The notes beneath the pieces are model-generated. The model saw nothing but the letters and a program-made list of their open reading frames with translations. It did no database searches and was not told the DNA's origin. This document shows positions 1 through 10,062 of a stretch of 64,000 bases of DNA, in pieces. The stretch's first letter is position 1. Each line of letters starts with the position of its first letter. This DNA is from Vicinamibacterales bacterium (GTDB lineage Bacteria; Acidobacteriota; Vicinamibacteria; Vicinamibacterales; JAMQPK01): the NCBI GenBank assembly GCA_963784045.1, contig CAWAPZ010000017.1, forward strand, positions 67,816-131,815, read 5' to 3'. A program made the position numbers and the translations under genes.

Positions 1-602
1 AGCATCCCCTGCCGGTCGGTGTACTGCACCTGACTCTTGATGCTCAACTCCGGGGTCGCGATGTACTCGAAGCCGCCGAGGCCGATGTATCGCCTGGAAT
101 CGGTGGTGAACACAACGGCGTTGGAATGGAAAACCGGCGCGATGACACCCGGCGCGGCCTGCACTTGCAACTGCAGCGCATCCTGAATGGTCAGCACACC
201 CTGCGGGCCCTCGAGATCCTCCGTGAAGAGCGTCTGCGTTGTCTGGCTCATCAGCATCGGAATCTGATCCCACAGCGCGTAGCCCCTGAACTTACCGGGT
301 CTCACGAACAGGCCATCGAAACGCTGATCGCGGCGACCGATGTTGTCGGCGCCCAGATCCATGACCCAGCCTTTCGTCTCGCGGTTCAGCTGGAGCTTGC
401 CAAAGTACGGACCGCTCCGAAGATCGCGATAGCGTTCGTAGCGCGCCCCATCGCCGTCGACGGTTGTCCCAAGGAACCCGAAATCGATCAACCCGGCATT
501 CGGGCCCAGGCCGACCGTCTCGCTGGTGGCCGTGCCTTGCGCGCTTGCGAGAACCGGAACGAGAGCAAGGGCAGCGACTGAAAGACTGTGTGAGATCCAC
601 AT
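1..602 (-). CDS. MtrB/PioB-family outer-membrane beta-barrel (porin partner of a decahaem cytochrome). N-terminal part only; the gene runs off the window edge.
   Basis: Own translation of the minus strand from ATG 602..600. It is absent from the ORF track because there is no stop inside the window. Sequence: MWISHSLSVAALALVPVLASAQG (signal peptide), then ...GFLGTTVDGDGARYERYRDLRSGPYFGKLQLNRETKGW..., open to base 1. AAGGGA lies in the 16-nt spacer after the decahaem gene stop. Confidence 0.7.
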   Translation of the reverse strand, partial: MWISHSLSVAALALVPVLASAQGTATSETVGLGPNAGLIDFGFLGTTVDGDGARYERYRDLRSGPYFGKLQLNRETKGWVMDLGADNIGRRDQRFDGLFVRPGKFRGYALWDQIPMLMSQTTQTLFTEDLEGPQGVLTIQDALQLQVQAAPGVIAPVFHSNAVVFTTDSRRYIGLGGFEYIATPELSIKSQVQYTDRQGM

Positions 603-618
603 ACCGGGCTGATCCCTT

Positions 619-1647
619 TCACCGAACGAACCGTTGACCACTGGGATGGTTCGACCCATGGATCGCAGAGTGACAGGTGACGCACGACCTGGCCATGATC
701 CGGATGCTCGGGTTCGCCGCGGATCCGATGAGCGCCGCGTCGTAGATGGTGCTCGGATGGCGCGTCGCAACATGGCACCGCTGACAGAGGATCGGCGGCT
801 TGGCGACGAGCATGCGATCGTTCGCCGAGCCGTGCGGGTCGTGGCAGGTCACGCAGCCATCCCGGCTGGGCGCGTGCTCCCAGAGGAACGGGCCGCGCTT
901 CTCGGGATGGCACGAGGTGCACGACTCGGCGATGGAATCACCCGTTCTCAGCAGACGCACATTGGTTGCGCCGTGCACGTTGTGACAGGTGGTGCACTGG
1001 AGCTTGCCCTCGCGCACCGGCATGTGGCCTGAGCGATCCAGCTTGGCTATCTTTTCGCGGTGGCACGTCGTGCACACCGCCGCCTGCGTTTTCTCCTTCA
1101 GCTGCTTTGTCTCCGATTTGTAGTCGTGCACGCTATGGCATGTCGTACACGACAGCTTTCGCGTGTCGTGCTGGCTGCCGTCCCACAATGCGTGCTCGCC
1201 GCGGTCGTGGCAGGTGGCGCAGGTCGCACTGACTTCCGCAGGCGGGAGTTTGCTGATGCTCTTGACAGGAAACGTGCCCGGATCGTCGACATGCTTGCTC
1301 CCGGGACCATGGCAGCTTTCGCAGCCCTGCTTGGCAACGGGCGAACGCGGATCGGCCACTCGATGGTGTGGGCTGCCTTCGTAGCCTTTGATTTGTTCGG
1401 AGTGGCACTCAAGACACTTCGCCTCGCCTACGTAGCTTTGCCCTTCGGCGCCGGCGCCGGGCACGGCCTTGGAGACCGTTGCGGGTTTCTGGCTCTGGGG
1501 CGGCGACGCCGGTTGCGGCGCGGCGCTGCCGAGAGCCGTTGCGACAGCCATGACCCACAGAGCCAACCCCATCACCAGCCACGTTCCTGGGGTCAATTTC
1601 CGGATACGTGCGGTCATGCGCGCATCGACTGGCAACCGCTGTACCAC
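619..1647 (-). CDS. Periplasmic decahaem c-type cytochrome, DmsE/MtrA/PioA/MtoA family
   Basis: Ten CXXCH motifs (CLECH, CESCH, CATCH, CTTCH x3, CTSCH, CVTCH x2, CQRCH) in about 300 aa after a hydrophobic leader. It lies immediately upstream of the MtrB/PioB-like gene. Start is GTG 1647 or ATG 1617. Confidence 0.85.
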   Translation of the reverse strand: MVQRLPVDARMTARIRKLTPGTWLVMGLALWVMAVATALGSAAPQPASPPQSQKPATVSKAVPGAGAEGQSYVGEAKCLECHSEQIKGYEGSPHHRVADPRSPVAKQGCESCHGPGSKHVDDPGTFPVKSISKLPPAEVSATCATCHDRGEHALWDGSQHDTRKLSCTTCHSVHDYKSETKQLKEKTQAAVCTTCHREKIAKLDRSGHMPVREGKLQCTTCHNVHGATNVRLLRTGDSIAESCTSCHPEKRGPFLWEHAPSRDGCVTCHDPHGSANDRMLVAKPPILCQRCHVATRHPSTIYDAALIGSAANPSIRIMARSCVTCHSAIHGSNHPSGQRFVR

Positions 1648-1827
1648 ATCGAATGGTCAGCCGAAGGCCGGAATCATCAGACCTTCAGCGTCATAATCAA
1701 GCTGGCGGAGAAGCAACGCAAACATTTCCGCAGCACCTGAGTGAAAACCGCGTGCAGCAGTCACCGACGGCAGTCAGGCTTCACAGCATCTTGAGATCGA
1801 ACTCGGGTTGTTGATGTGATGCGTCCG

Positions 1828-2169
1828 TCATTTCTTCATCATCGACATCTTTGTAGCGCAGTGCTCACCCATCGCGGCGCGCTCTTCGAGAAGAACATTG
1901 ATGACGTCGGCCATCGCCGCGACCTTCGCTTCACCGGTCGAGCTCTTGACCTGAGCCATCAGTGCCGCGATGCGCTCCGTGTTGGCTTTCTTCTTCGCCG
2001 CCATCTCATCCATCATACCGGCGCCCATCTTCATACCGCCCACGGCAGCTCCCTGTTGAGCCTGTTGCCCGTGGTCGTGCTGATCGGCCTGCGCGAGGAC
2101 GGGGGCAGGCATCACCCCGAGCATCGCCGCGAGAACCGTCGACACACATGCAAGAGTCAATTTCTTCAT
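1828..2169 (-). CDS. Small secreted Met/His-rich helical protein, function unknown
   Basis: ORF 1828..2262 trimmed to MKKLTLACVSTVLAAMLGVMPAPVLAQA (signal peptide). The mature part contains HDHGQQ and MKMGAGMMDEM tracts. Confidence 0.5.
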   Translation of the reverse strand: MKKLTLACVSTVLAAMLGVMPAPVLAQADQHDHGQQAQQGAAVGGMKMGAGMMDEMAAKKKANTERIAALMAQVKSSTGEAKVAAMADVINVLLEERAAMGEHCATKMSMMKK

Positions 2170-2324
2170 CGCACTACTCCTTCTGACAGCCGCTTCCCGT
2201 GTAAACGGCATCACGAGCCCAAAGTGCAATTCTCTTGCTGGACGTAAGTCGTTGATTCGCAACGGGAGTGGGCGGGAGTAGAGGGAGTTTTTCCGGCGTT
2301 GCGGGGAAAATTTCCGCGACGAGA

Positions 2325-3695
<1,371 letters not shown>

Positions 3696-3708
3696 GGCGC
3701 AACTTATC

Positions 3709-4107
3709 TTAGACGGATTTTCCGACGCTGTCGCGCAGAGCCTGACCGACCAACGCCGCAAGGCTCTCGACTTCGAACGGCTTGCTGATCACTTGATAGG
3801 CCCCCAGGGCAGCGGCGCCTTGTGCCAGTTCGGGGCTGTTGTGCGCCGTAATCATGATGACACTGGACGTCGGTGCGAGGCGCCTCACCTGTTCGAGTAG
3901 CCGCAAATCAGCCGAATCCGGCAGACGGTAATCGAGCAGCACGACGTCGAAAGGCTCCGCCGCGCTTTCGATAGCGGCCACCGCCATGCGCCCGTCACCG
4001 GCCTGGGTCACCATATATCCGCGTTCCCCCAGAGTCTCGGACAGCGACCAGCGAATCAATGCCTCGTCGTCGACTACGAGAACCGAGGGTGCGAATTTTT
4101 TCTGCAT
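3709..4107 (-). CDS. Stand-alone receiver-domain response regulator
   Basis: [20 protein letters not shown]...[10 protein letters not shown]...ISKPF, a CheY-like fold with no output domain. It lies 13 nt upstream of the NtrC-like gene. Confidence 0.8.
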   Translation of the reverse strand: MQKKFAPSVLVVDDEALIRWSLSETLGERGYMVTQAGDGRMAVAAIESAAEPFDVVLLDYRLPDSADLRLLEQVRRLAPTSSVIMITAHNSPELAQGAAALGAYQVISKPFEVESLAALVGQALRDSVGKSV

Positions 4108-4219
4108 ACGGGGAATATTCCTCATCTCGGATTTCACGTCGCCCTCGAAAGGCGGCTTTGCGGGCAAATACGTTAACATCGCGGTCTCCGACCACTCGGT
4201 TCTTCAATTCTCGGGCCAT

Positions 4220-5641
4220 ATGGAACCTGTCCTCCAGTCAATTTTCGACTCTGCGGTCGACGGCATCATCGTCATCGACGGCCAAGGGATCGTGAAGGCC
4301 TTTAATCCAGCCGCAGAGCGGCTCTTCGGGTATGCCGCAGAGGAAGTGCTCGGCCAGAACGTCAAGCTCTTGATGCCGAGCCCCGACCGCGAGGAGCACG
4401 ACGGGTACATCAGCACGTATATCCAGACTGGGATCCCGAAGGTCATCGGAACCGGGCGCGAGGTGCGCGGACGCCGCAAGGACGGCAGCACGTTTCCCGT
4501 CCATCTATCGGTAGGACGGATGGACATCGACGGCGAACCGGCGTTTACCGGGATTCTTCACGACTTGAGCCGGCGCGTGGAAATCGAGGACGCCCTTCGA
4601 AAGAGTGAGGAACACCTGCGCTCCATCGTCGAATCAGCCGTTGACGCGATTATCGTCATCGACGATCGTGGCCTTGTACAGGCGTTCAACCCCTCAGCGG
4701 AGCGCTTGTTCGGATACGCCCTCGACGAGGCCCTCGGACGCAACGTCAGCATGCTGATGCCGAGTCCCGACCGCGAACAGCACGACGGCTACCTGCAGCG
4801 CTACCTGAAGACCGGCGAGCAGAAGATCATCGGGATCGGCCGCGAAGTGACCTGCCTCAAGAAAGACGGCTCGCGCTTTCCGGTGCACCTCTCTGTCGGC
4901 GAGATGGTGAGCGAGGGGAAGCGCAGCTTTACGGGCATCCTTCACGATCTCAGCGATCGCGTCGCGCTCGAACAACGACTGGCCGAGCAAAAATCGCTCG
5001 CCAAGCTCGGCGAGATGGCGGCGGTCGTCGCGCATGAAGTGAAGAACCCGATTGCCGGCATTCGCGGTGCGCTTCAGGTCATCACGTCGCGCATGCCCGC
5101 AGACCAGCGCGATCGCGCGATCCTGCTCGACATCATCACGCGTCTCGACGCCCTGAACCGTATCGTGCAGGACATGCTGATGTTCGCGCGGCCGCGCGCG
5201 CTGCGTCAGGAGCCGGTTCCCCTCGGTTCGCTGCTGCGCGAGACGGCGGCGCTCATCGAACGGGATCCCGGGATGCTCAATCTCGAGATCGACGTCAGCG
5301 GCTCGGCCGACATCATCGGCGATCGCGAGATGCTGCAGGTCGTCTTTCAGAACATCCTGATGAACGCGGCGCAGGCGATGCAGGGCGAGGGACGAATCGA
5401 CGTCACGATCGCCGTTGCGAACAGGCGCTGCCGTGTCGCCGTCGCCGATCGCGGCCCGGGCATGCCCGGCGACGTGCGCGAGAAGGCATTCGACGCGTTC
5501 TTCACGACGAAGCACCGCGGAACCGGTCTTGGTCTGCCCATTGCGAAGCGGGTGGTCGACGCCCACGGTGGTGCGATGCACATCGACGTCCCGCCGCAGG
5601 GCGGCACCACTATTTCGGTCGACCTCCCGCTGCGCCAGTAG
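4220..5641 (+). CDS. Soluble histidine kinase with two tandem FixL-type haem-PAS domains
   Basis: Start trimmed to MEPVLQS (ATG 4220). Two paralogous PAS modules carry LMPSPDREEHDGYISTY...IGTGREVRGRRKDGSTFPVHLSVG and LMPSPDREQHDGYLQRYLKTGEQKIIGIGREV...KDGSRFPVHLSVGEM. These closely resemble the rhizobial FixL haem pocket (as I recall it, HEHDGYLQRY...RIIGIDR...KDGSTFPM.L). H-box is AHEVKNPIAG, and the HATPase domain has N, G1 and G2 boxes. Confidence 0.85.
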   Translation: MEPVLQSIFDSAVDGIIVIDGQGIVKAFNPAAERLFGYAAEEVLGQNVKLLMPSPDREEHDGYISTYIQTGIPKVIGTGREVRGRRKDGSTFPVHLSVGRMDIDGEPAFTGILHDLSRRVEIEDALRKSEEHLRSIVESAVDAIIVIDDRGLVQAFNPSAERLFGYALDEALGRNVSMLMPSPDREQHDGYLQRYLKTGEQKIIGIGREVTCLKKDGSRFPVHLSVGEMVSEGKRSFTGILHDLSDRVALEQRLAEQKSLAKLGEMAAVVAHEVKNPIAGIRGALQVITSRMPADQRDRAILLDIITRLDALNRIVQDMLMFARPRALRQEPVPLGSLLRETAALIERDPGMLNLEIDVSGSADIIGDREMLQVVFQNILMNAAQAMQGEGRIDVTIAVANRRCRVAVADRGPGMPGDVREKAFDAFFTTKHRGTGLGLPIAKRVVDAHGGAMHIDVPPQGGTTISVDLPLRQ

Positions 5642-7022
5642 GCGTCGCACCGGAGTTCACGCCGCTTCGCGGAAGCGCTGCCTGTCCGCGACGCGTTTCG
5701 TCTATCGACAAGGCCAGCACGCGCACCGATTCCTGATCGGCGTGAAAACCCATCGAGTTTTCCGCCTCGATGAAATCCAACAGGAATTGGCCGCGGCGTT
5801 GATGCCGCCGTGCCGCCTCCAGCGCGGCATCGTCTGCACCGCCGGCTTTGGCTGCTTTGATGTCGCCAATGAGCGCCATCAGCGCGTCCATCGCGACGTT
5901 TCGCACCTCGAACGTGCGGTCCTGAATCGTCTCGACGCGCGAGCGCAACTCCTCCTCTGACCAGCGATGGCACGTCTGGCACGCCCGGTTGATGTTCAAC
6001 AGAGGGCTGCGCACGTGATGGTCGCTGATCTTCATGGCGCCGACACGCTGATACGGCATGTGGCAATCGGCGCAGGCGACGCCCGACCGAGCGTGAATGC
6101 CTTGATTCCACATCTCGAACTCGGGGTGCTGTGCCTTCAACGTCGGCGCGCCCGTTTCGGCGTGCGTCCAATCCTTGAAACCGGTCTCCTCGTAGTAGGA
6201 CAGAATCTGATCGGCGCGCAGCCCGTTGTCCCACGGGTAAGTCAACCGCTTCTCCGGCCCCTTGAAGTAATACTCGACGTGGCACTGCCCGCATACATAC
6301 GCGCGCATTTCCTGCCGGGTCGCGTCTCGATTGACGTCGTAATTCGAAATGCCTTGCGCAGCCTTGATCTTCTGGATGCCTTCCAGGAACCCGGGACGGG
6401 TGACACGCAGCTGCATCGACGCCGGATCGTGGCAGTCGATGCACGCCACCGGATGCGACACGAGCGTGCGCGCCTCCTGATAGGTCATCCGGTTCATCGC
6501 CTCGAAGCCTTTCATCAGATCGCCGCCGCCGAGTTTTTTGTATGGAGCGTAGACCGACCCGTGACAGTGCATGCACGTACCCGGCTGTTGCACGACGGCC
6601 TGACGTTCTGTGAACGTTTGATCGTCGAGCATGTACGCGTGCCCACGCTCCTCCCGAAAGTCCTTTGCGAATGCATATCCCGCCCATAGCGTCTTGAGCC
6701 GCGGATCCTCCTCGAGCCGCGACTGCGCGACGACCGACCGCGGATCGACGCTGGTCGGCGTCCGCGGAATCGCTTCGCTGCCGCCGTAGCGCGTTCGCAC
6801 CTGATCGACCGTGCGCTTGTAGCCGTCGTATTGCAGTGGAAAATTCTTTCCCCACGCTGCCGGATCGACGATCTCGTCGTTCAATTCGACGACGCGATAG
6901 AACGGGTTCCGGGCCTCCTGCTGGCGTTGAAAGATATTTACGAGCATCGCGGTCGCGCCCAGTGCCAATACCGCGGCGAGAACCGCGATCAAGACCGGTG
7001 AGGTGAATCGGCGTGTGCTCAT
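5610..7022 (-). CDS. nrfA: Pentahaem cytochrome c nitrite reductase (ammonia-forming), variant with CXXCH at the catalytic haem
   Basis: 470 aa with an N-terminal anchor. Five haem motifs: CMHCH, CIDCH, CGQCH, CADCH, CQTCH. NrfA-like blocks YPWDNG and EMWNQGIHARSGVACADCHMPY. Start overlaps the nrfH stop by 4 nt. Confidence 0.85.
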   Translation of the reverse strand: MSTRRFTSPVLIAVLAAVLALGATAMLVNIFQRQQEARNPFYRVVELNDEIVDPAAWGKNFPLQYDGYKRTVDQVRTRYGGSEAIPRTPTSVDPRSVVAQSRLEEDPRLKTLWAGYAFAKDFREERGHAYMLDDQTFTERQAVVQQPGTCMHCHGSVYAPYKKLGGGDLMKGFEAMNRMTYQEARTLVSHPVACIDCHDPASMQLRVTRPGFLEGIQKIKAAQGISNYDVNRDATRQEMRAYVCGQCHVEYYFKGPEKRLTYPWDNGLRADQILSYYEETGFKDWTHAETGAPTLKAQHPEFEMWNQGIHARSGVACADCHMPYQRVGAMKISDHHVRSPLLNINRACQTCHRWSEEELRSRVETIQDRTFEVRNVAMDALMALIGDIKAAKAGGADDAALEAARRHQRRGQFLLDFIEAENSMGFHADQESVRVLALSIDETRRGQAALPRSGVNSGATPTGAAGGRPK

Positions 7023-7474
7023 TCGATATGCCCTACCTCATTGTGACAGCTGGTACACGTCAGGCCGCCCCGGCCACCGTCGGCGTGCGCGGGATCGATT
7101 GCGAGCGTCAATTCCTCATGACACTTGCGGCAGGCGCGCTCGGTCACCTCGTGATTGCGCGACGTGATCCGCAAGGGATCCGGGTACCGTCCTGTTGTGA
7201 AGTAGAACGAGTGCCAGAATCCATTCTGGGCTTTCGTCAGATATTTCGGAACGAGGCCAGGCGGGGTATGGCAGTCGTTGCAAACGGCTACGGCGCGATG
7301 ACTCGAGCGCGTCCACGCATCGAAATGATCCTGCATGACGTGGCAGTTGGCACACGCCTGGGGATCGTTGGTGAGATACGAGTAGCCCTTGGCGTAGACG
7401 AAGGTGTAAGACCCTACGCCAACCAGCACGCCAACAAACACACCCGCCAGGAGAATTGCGCGATTACCCGCCAT
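7019..7474 (-). CDS. nrfH: Tetrahaem NapC/NirT/NrfH-family quinol dehydrogenase
   Basis: 151 aa with an N-terminal TM helix. Motifs CANCH, CNDCH, CRKCH, CTSCH. Directly upstream of and overlapping nrfA. Confidence 0.85.
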   Translation of the reverse strand: MAGNRAILLAGVFVGVLVGVGSYTFVYAKGYSYLTNDPQACANCHVMQDHFDAWTRSSHRAVAVCNDCHTPPGLVPKYLTKAQNGFWHSFYFTTGRYPDPLRITSRNHEVTERACRKCHEELTLAIDPAHADGGRGGLTCTSCHNEVGHIE

Positions 7475-8192
7475 TGCCCCCTGATTGTGCTACAACCTGG
7501 GCGCGCCGCTCCGCTTCTTTCTTCACGAGCCGCATCGACACCTCGCGGATCAGGACGATGCCCACTGAGAAGCGCGCCCAGTACCAGCGAAACTTTCGAC
7601 TTGCCGACGCGTCGGTCGCAACCACACGCGTCTCGGAACGCGCAATCGAGCTGAACGGGCTGATCGCATCGGCGCGCAGCGTCCATACGATCTTCACGTA
7701 GTCGGGTTCGTTGAATGCCGTGAACTCTTCGGGCGGAACGCCCCGGAAGACGACGTTCGCCTGCCAGGGCCGCGTCACCGCGCCCATGACGATCTCATGC
7801 CCGGGGACATCGGCCAGCACGACCCAGCCCAGCTGTTTCGTCAAGGCGACAAGGCCCTTTGTCCCTGATGATTCGTCCGCCTCGGCGCCGAGCAGTATCT
7901 TCCTGCCCTTGAAGATCGCGCGAATCAGCAGAGAGTCCTCGAGGTTCAAGTCCATCAAGCTCTCGAATGTGACGGTAGCGGGCGCGCCAACGCCGACATG
8001 ATGCCGCTCGGCTACGTCGTATCTCGGCATGAAGACGTCGAGCAGTGAATCGGCCTCACCGGACGCCGGCGGGTCGGCATGCCCATAGCGCAGCCATGCC
8101 CACCCGACGATTCCTGCGTACGACACAGCAGCGAGTCCGACGAGCGCTGCCGCACCTCCCAGCCCCCGCTCAACCCGATGCCTGATGTCCAT
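7464..8192 (-). CDS. Membrane-anchored SRPBCC-like (START/polyketide-cyclase fold) protein
   Basis: ORF 7464..8231. Likely start is MDIRH (8192). It has an N-terminal TM helix and a C-terminal amphipathic helix similar to the two upstream paralogs. Its stop overlaps the nrfH start by 11 nt. Confidence 0.5.
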   Translation of the reverse strand: MDIRHRVERGLGGAAALVGLAAVSYAGIVGWAWLRYGHADPPASGEADSLLDVFMPRYDVAERHHVGVGAPATVTFESLMDLNLEDSLLIRAIFKGRKILLGAEADESSGTKGLVALTKQLGWVVLADVPGHEIVMGAVTRPWQANVVFRGVPPEEFTAFNEPDYVKIVWTLRADAISPFSSIARSETRVVATDASASRKFRWYWARFSVGIVLIREVSMRLVKKEAERRAQVVAQSGGNGG

Positions 8193-8763
8193 CGGTTGCT
8201 CTCTGAGCGTGCTGCTCGGCGCGGCGCGCAATCTCGAGCAGCTGCTTCCGCTCCATCACGAAGTGCACAATTTTCACCAGAAACAATCCCATCGCCTTCG
8301 GGAGCCCATGAAATCTGTAGTCATCGCTGGCGCGGGCGCGCACGATCAATCGCGTCGTGTCCTGATCGATTTCGACGAGCATGAACGACCATGTGACGAC
8401 CAGATCGCCGTCGGGAGTCGGCCAGCCCAGTACAAGCCACTGCGCCGGCTCGCTTTCGAGGAGAACGAAGCCGTCCCGGCGCCCCGGCAACGCTGGAAAC
8501 ACAGCGCCGACGCCCGGGTGCTGCAGCTCCTGGAGGATGCGCTCGGCGCTGTGCCTTCCGCCGTTGTCCAAGGTGTCGTAGCTGTACCACCCGGCGCGAT
8601 CGGCGCCCATCTGGATCAACCAGGGCCACAGCTCCTTGCGACTGCACTTCACCGTGATGGCGTGCGTCAGGCTGCCCACGGCATGTCGAATCAGCTCGTC
8701 GCCAGGCATTGCGAGCAGGTGTTCGCGGGGGGTCGCGCGCGTGCGATCTAGTGGAAGGGTCAT
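8170..8763 (-). CDS. SRPBCC family protein
   Basis: C-terminal 198 aa of track ORF 8170..10077, starting at MTLPLDRTRATPREHLLAMPGDELI. Contains ELWPWLIQMGADRAGWYSYD. Its ATG overlaps the stop of the upstream paralog (ATGA). Confidence 0.6.
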   Translation of the reverse strand: MTLPLDRTRATPREHLLAMPGDELIRHAVGSLTHAITVKCSRKELWPWLIQMGADRAGWYSYDTLDNGGRHSAERILQELQHPGVGAVFPALPGRRDGFVLLESEPAQWLVLGWPTPDGDLVVTWSFMLVEIDQDTTRLIVRARASDDYRFHGLPKAMGLFLVKIVHFVMERKQLLEIARRAEQHAQRATDGHQASG

Positions 8764-9357
8764 GCGGCTCTCCTTTCGGCGTGTGCCATCTCGGCCTGTG
8801 CCGTCGCCTCGGCGCGTCGCTTGATACCCAGGAGCATCTTGCGGATCATCACGAACGCCGCGGACTCGATCACGTGCAGGGTAAGACGCGACCGAACGTT
8901 GCCGGGCGTCCGCACGCGATTGCGTGAGATCAGGCGCGTGCTCTGAATGCCGGCTGGAACGAGGGCGAGCTCCCAGCTCCATTCGGCGCCCTGTGCCTGG
9001 CCTGCAGAGTACCAGGGATCGGAATGGCTCGATCGCCTTCACCGGAAATCCGCCGGCGCGCCCGACTGGAATTTCGTCGCCGACCGCAAGCTGCTGCCAC
9101 TGGGGCAGAATACGGTTGGCGCTTGGCGCGTCGAGATAACCGAAAAGACGATCGAGCCAGTCATAGCTGTATAGACCTCCGCGCCGGTAGCCCATCTGCA
9201 TCAGCCAGGGCCAGATGGCCATCGGCGACGTGTTGACCGTCACGCCGAGCGTCGTGTCGTAAGTCGGCAGCGTCACGTAGCGATCGCCGGACATCGGCCG
9301 GCCGAGCTCTTCGTTTGTCGCTCCCCACGTCTTCCACCACCGGCTCGTCCTTCTCAT
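8760..9357 (-). pseudogene. SRPBCC paralog interrupted by a +1 frame disruption (pseudogene or assembly indel)
   Basis: N-terminal part MRRTSRWW...AIWPWLMQMGYRRGGLYSYD...PVKAIEPFRSLVL is in one frame. The paralog-matching C-terminal part AQGAEWSWELALVPAGIQSTRLISRNRV...FVMIRKMLLGIKRRAEA, ending at TGA 8762..8760, is in the next frame. The switch lies near 8990..9020. Confidence 0.6.
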
Positions 9358-9521
9358 GCTCGCGTTAAACGCATACTTTGTACCTACGGCCCACCGCCGA
9401 AAAATGCTTGTCTCGCACGTCATCGGCAGAGCACAATCCCGGCGCGGCGAACAATTCCGCAGTGGTGCGAAAAAATCAGGCGATGTCGCCGTCCAATCTC
9501 GTGGAGTGAGGCGCTCGCGAT

Positions 9522-9537
9522 TGGCACATCCTGTGCT
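9522..9537 (+). promoter_or_regulatory. Candidate sigma-54 (-24/-12) promoter
   Basis: TGGCACATCCTGTGCT has GG-N10-GC spacing and one mismatch to TGGCAC-N5-TTGC. It lies about 25 nt upstream of the USP ATG, in an intergenic region. Confidence 0.45.
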
Positions 9538-9561
9538 CATTCCGGGGTAAAGGTGGTGCAT

Positions 9562-10062
9562 ATGATCAAAATCAACAAGGTCCTCGTCGCCACGGATTTC
9601 AGCGACGCGTCGGAACCCGCTCTCATCTACGGCCGTGAGTTCGCGCGCACGTTCGGCGCCTCCCTTCACGTGCTTCACGTCATCGAGAATACCCTCGCGT
9701 TCACGGGCCCGGACTCGGTCGGCGTCGATTTCGTGCGCGTGCGGGCCGACCTCGAGGAGGGCGCGGAGAACGCGCTGAACCGGATCGTCACCGCAGAGGA
9801 TCGCGCGCAACTCAAGGCAAAAACGGCGGTTCTTACGGGCAGTTCGCCCGCGTTCGAGATCGCGGACTATGCCGAGCGCGAGGGGATCGACATCATCCTG
9901 GTGGGTACGCATGGAAGAGGGATGGTGCGACATCTGCTGATGGGCAGCGTTGCCGAGAAGGTCGTGCGGATTGCGCCGTGCCCTGTGCTGACGGTTCGTC
10001 ACCCCGAACACGAGTTCATCGTTCCGGATGCGCTGGAGATGGTCGGCGCGGTGAAGCGTTGA
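9562..10062 (+). CDS. Universal stress protein (UspA family)
   Basis: MIKINKVLVATDFSDASEPAL...ILVGTHGRGMVRHLLMGSVAEKVVRIAPCPVLTV. AAGGTGG Shine-Dalgarno lies 8 nt upstream of ATG 9562. Confidence 0.85.
   Translation: MIKINKVLVATDFSDASEPALIYGREFARTFGASLHVLHVIENTLAFTGPDSVGVDFVRVRADLEEGAENALNRIVTAEDRAQLKAKTAVLTGSSPAFEIADYAEREGIDIILVGTHGRGMVRHLLMGSVAEKVVRIAPCPVLTVRHPEHEFIVPDALEMVGAVKR

Noticed and set aside
775-1420. Several TGGCAC-N5-GCAC-like strings, plus one at 19689..19704
   Set aside because: They lie inside coding sequence and arise from Cys/His codons of CXXCH motifs (or from a Val-Ala-Leu-Met run). They are not in promoter context.
2225-2241. Possible sigma-54 promoter (CCAGCAAGAGAATTGCA on the minus strand) upstream of the small secreted gene and decahaem operon
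   Set aside because: The spacing fits TGGCAC-N5-TTGCA, but the near-invariant -24 GG is AG. That is too weak to call without transcript data.
5347-6855. 502-aa minus-strand ORF and the 240-aa plus-strand ORF (5967..6689) overlapping nrfA
   Set aside because: They are alternative-frame and antisense shadow ORFs of a high-GC gene. Their Arg/Ala/Gly-rich composition shows no recognisable motifs, whereas the nrfA frame has five haem motifs.
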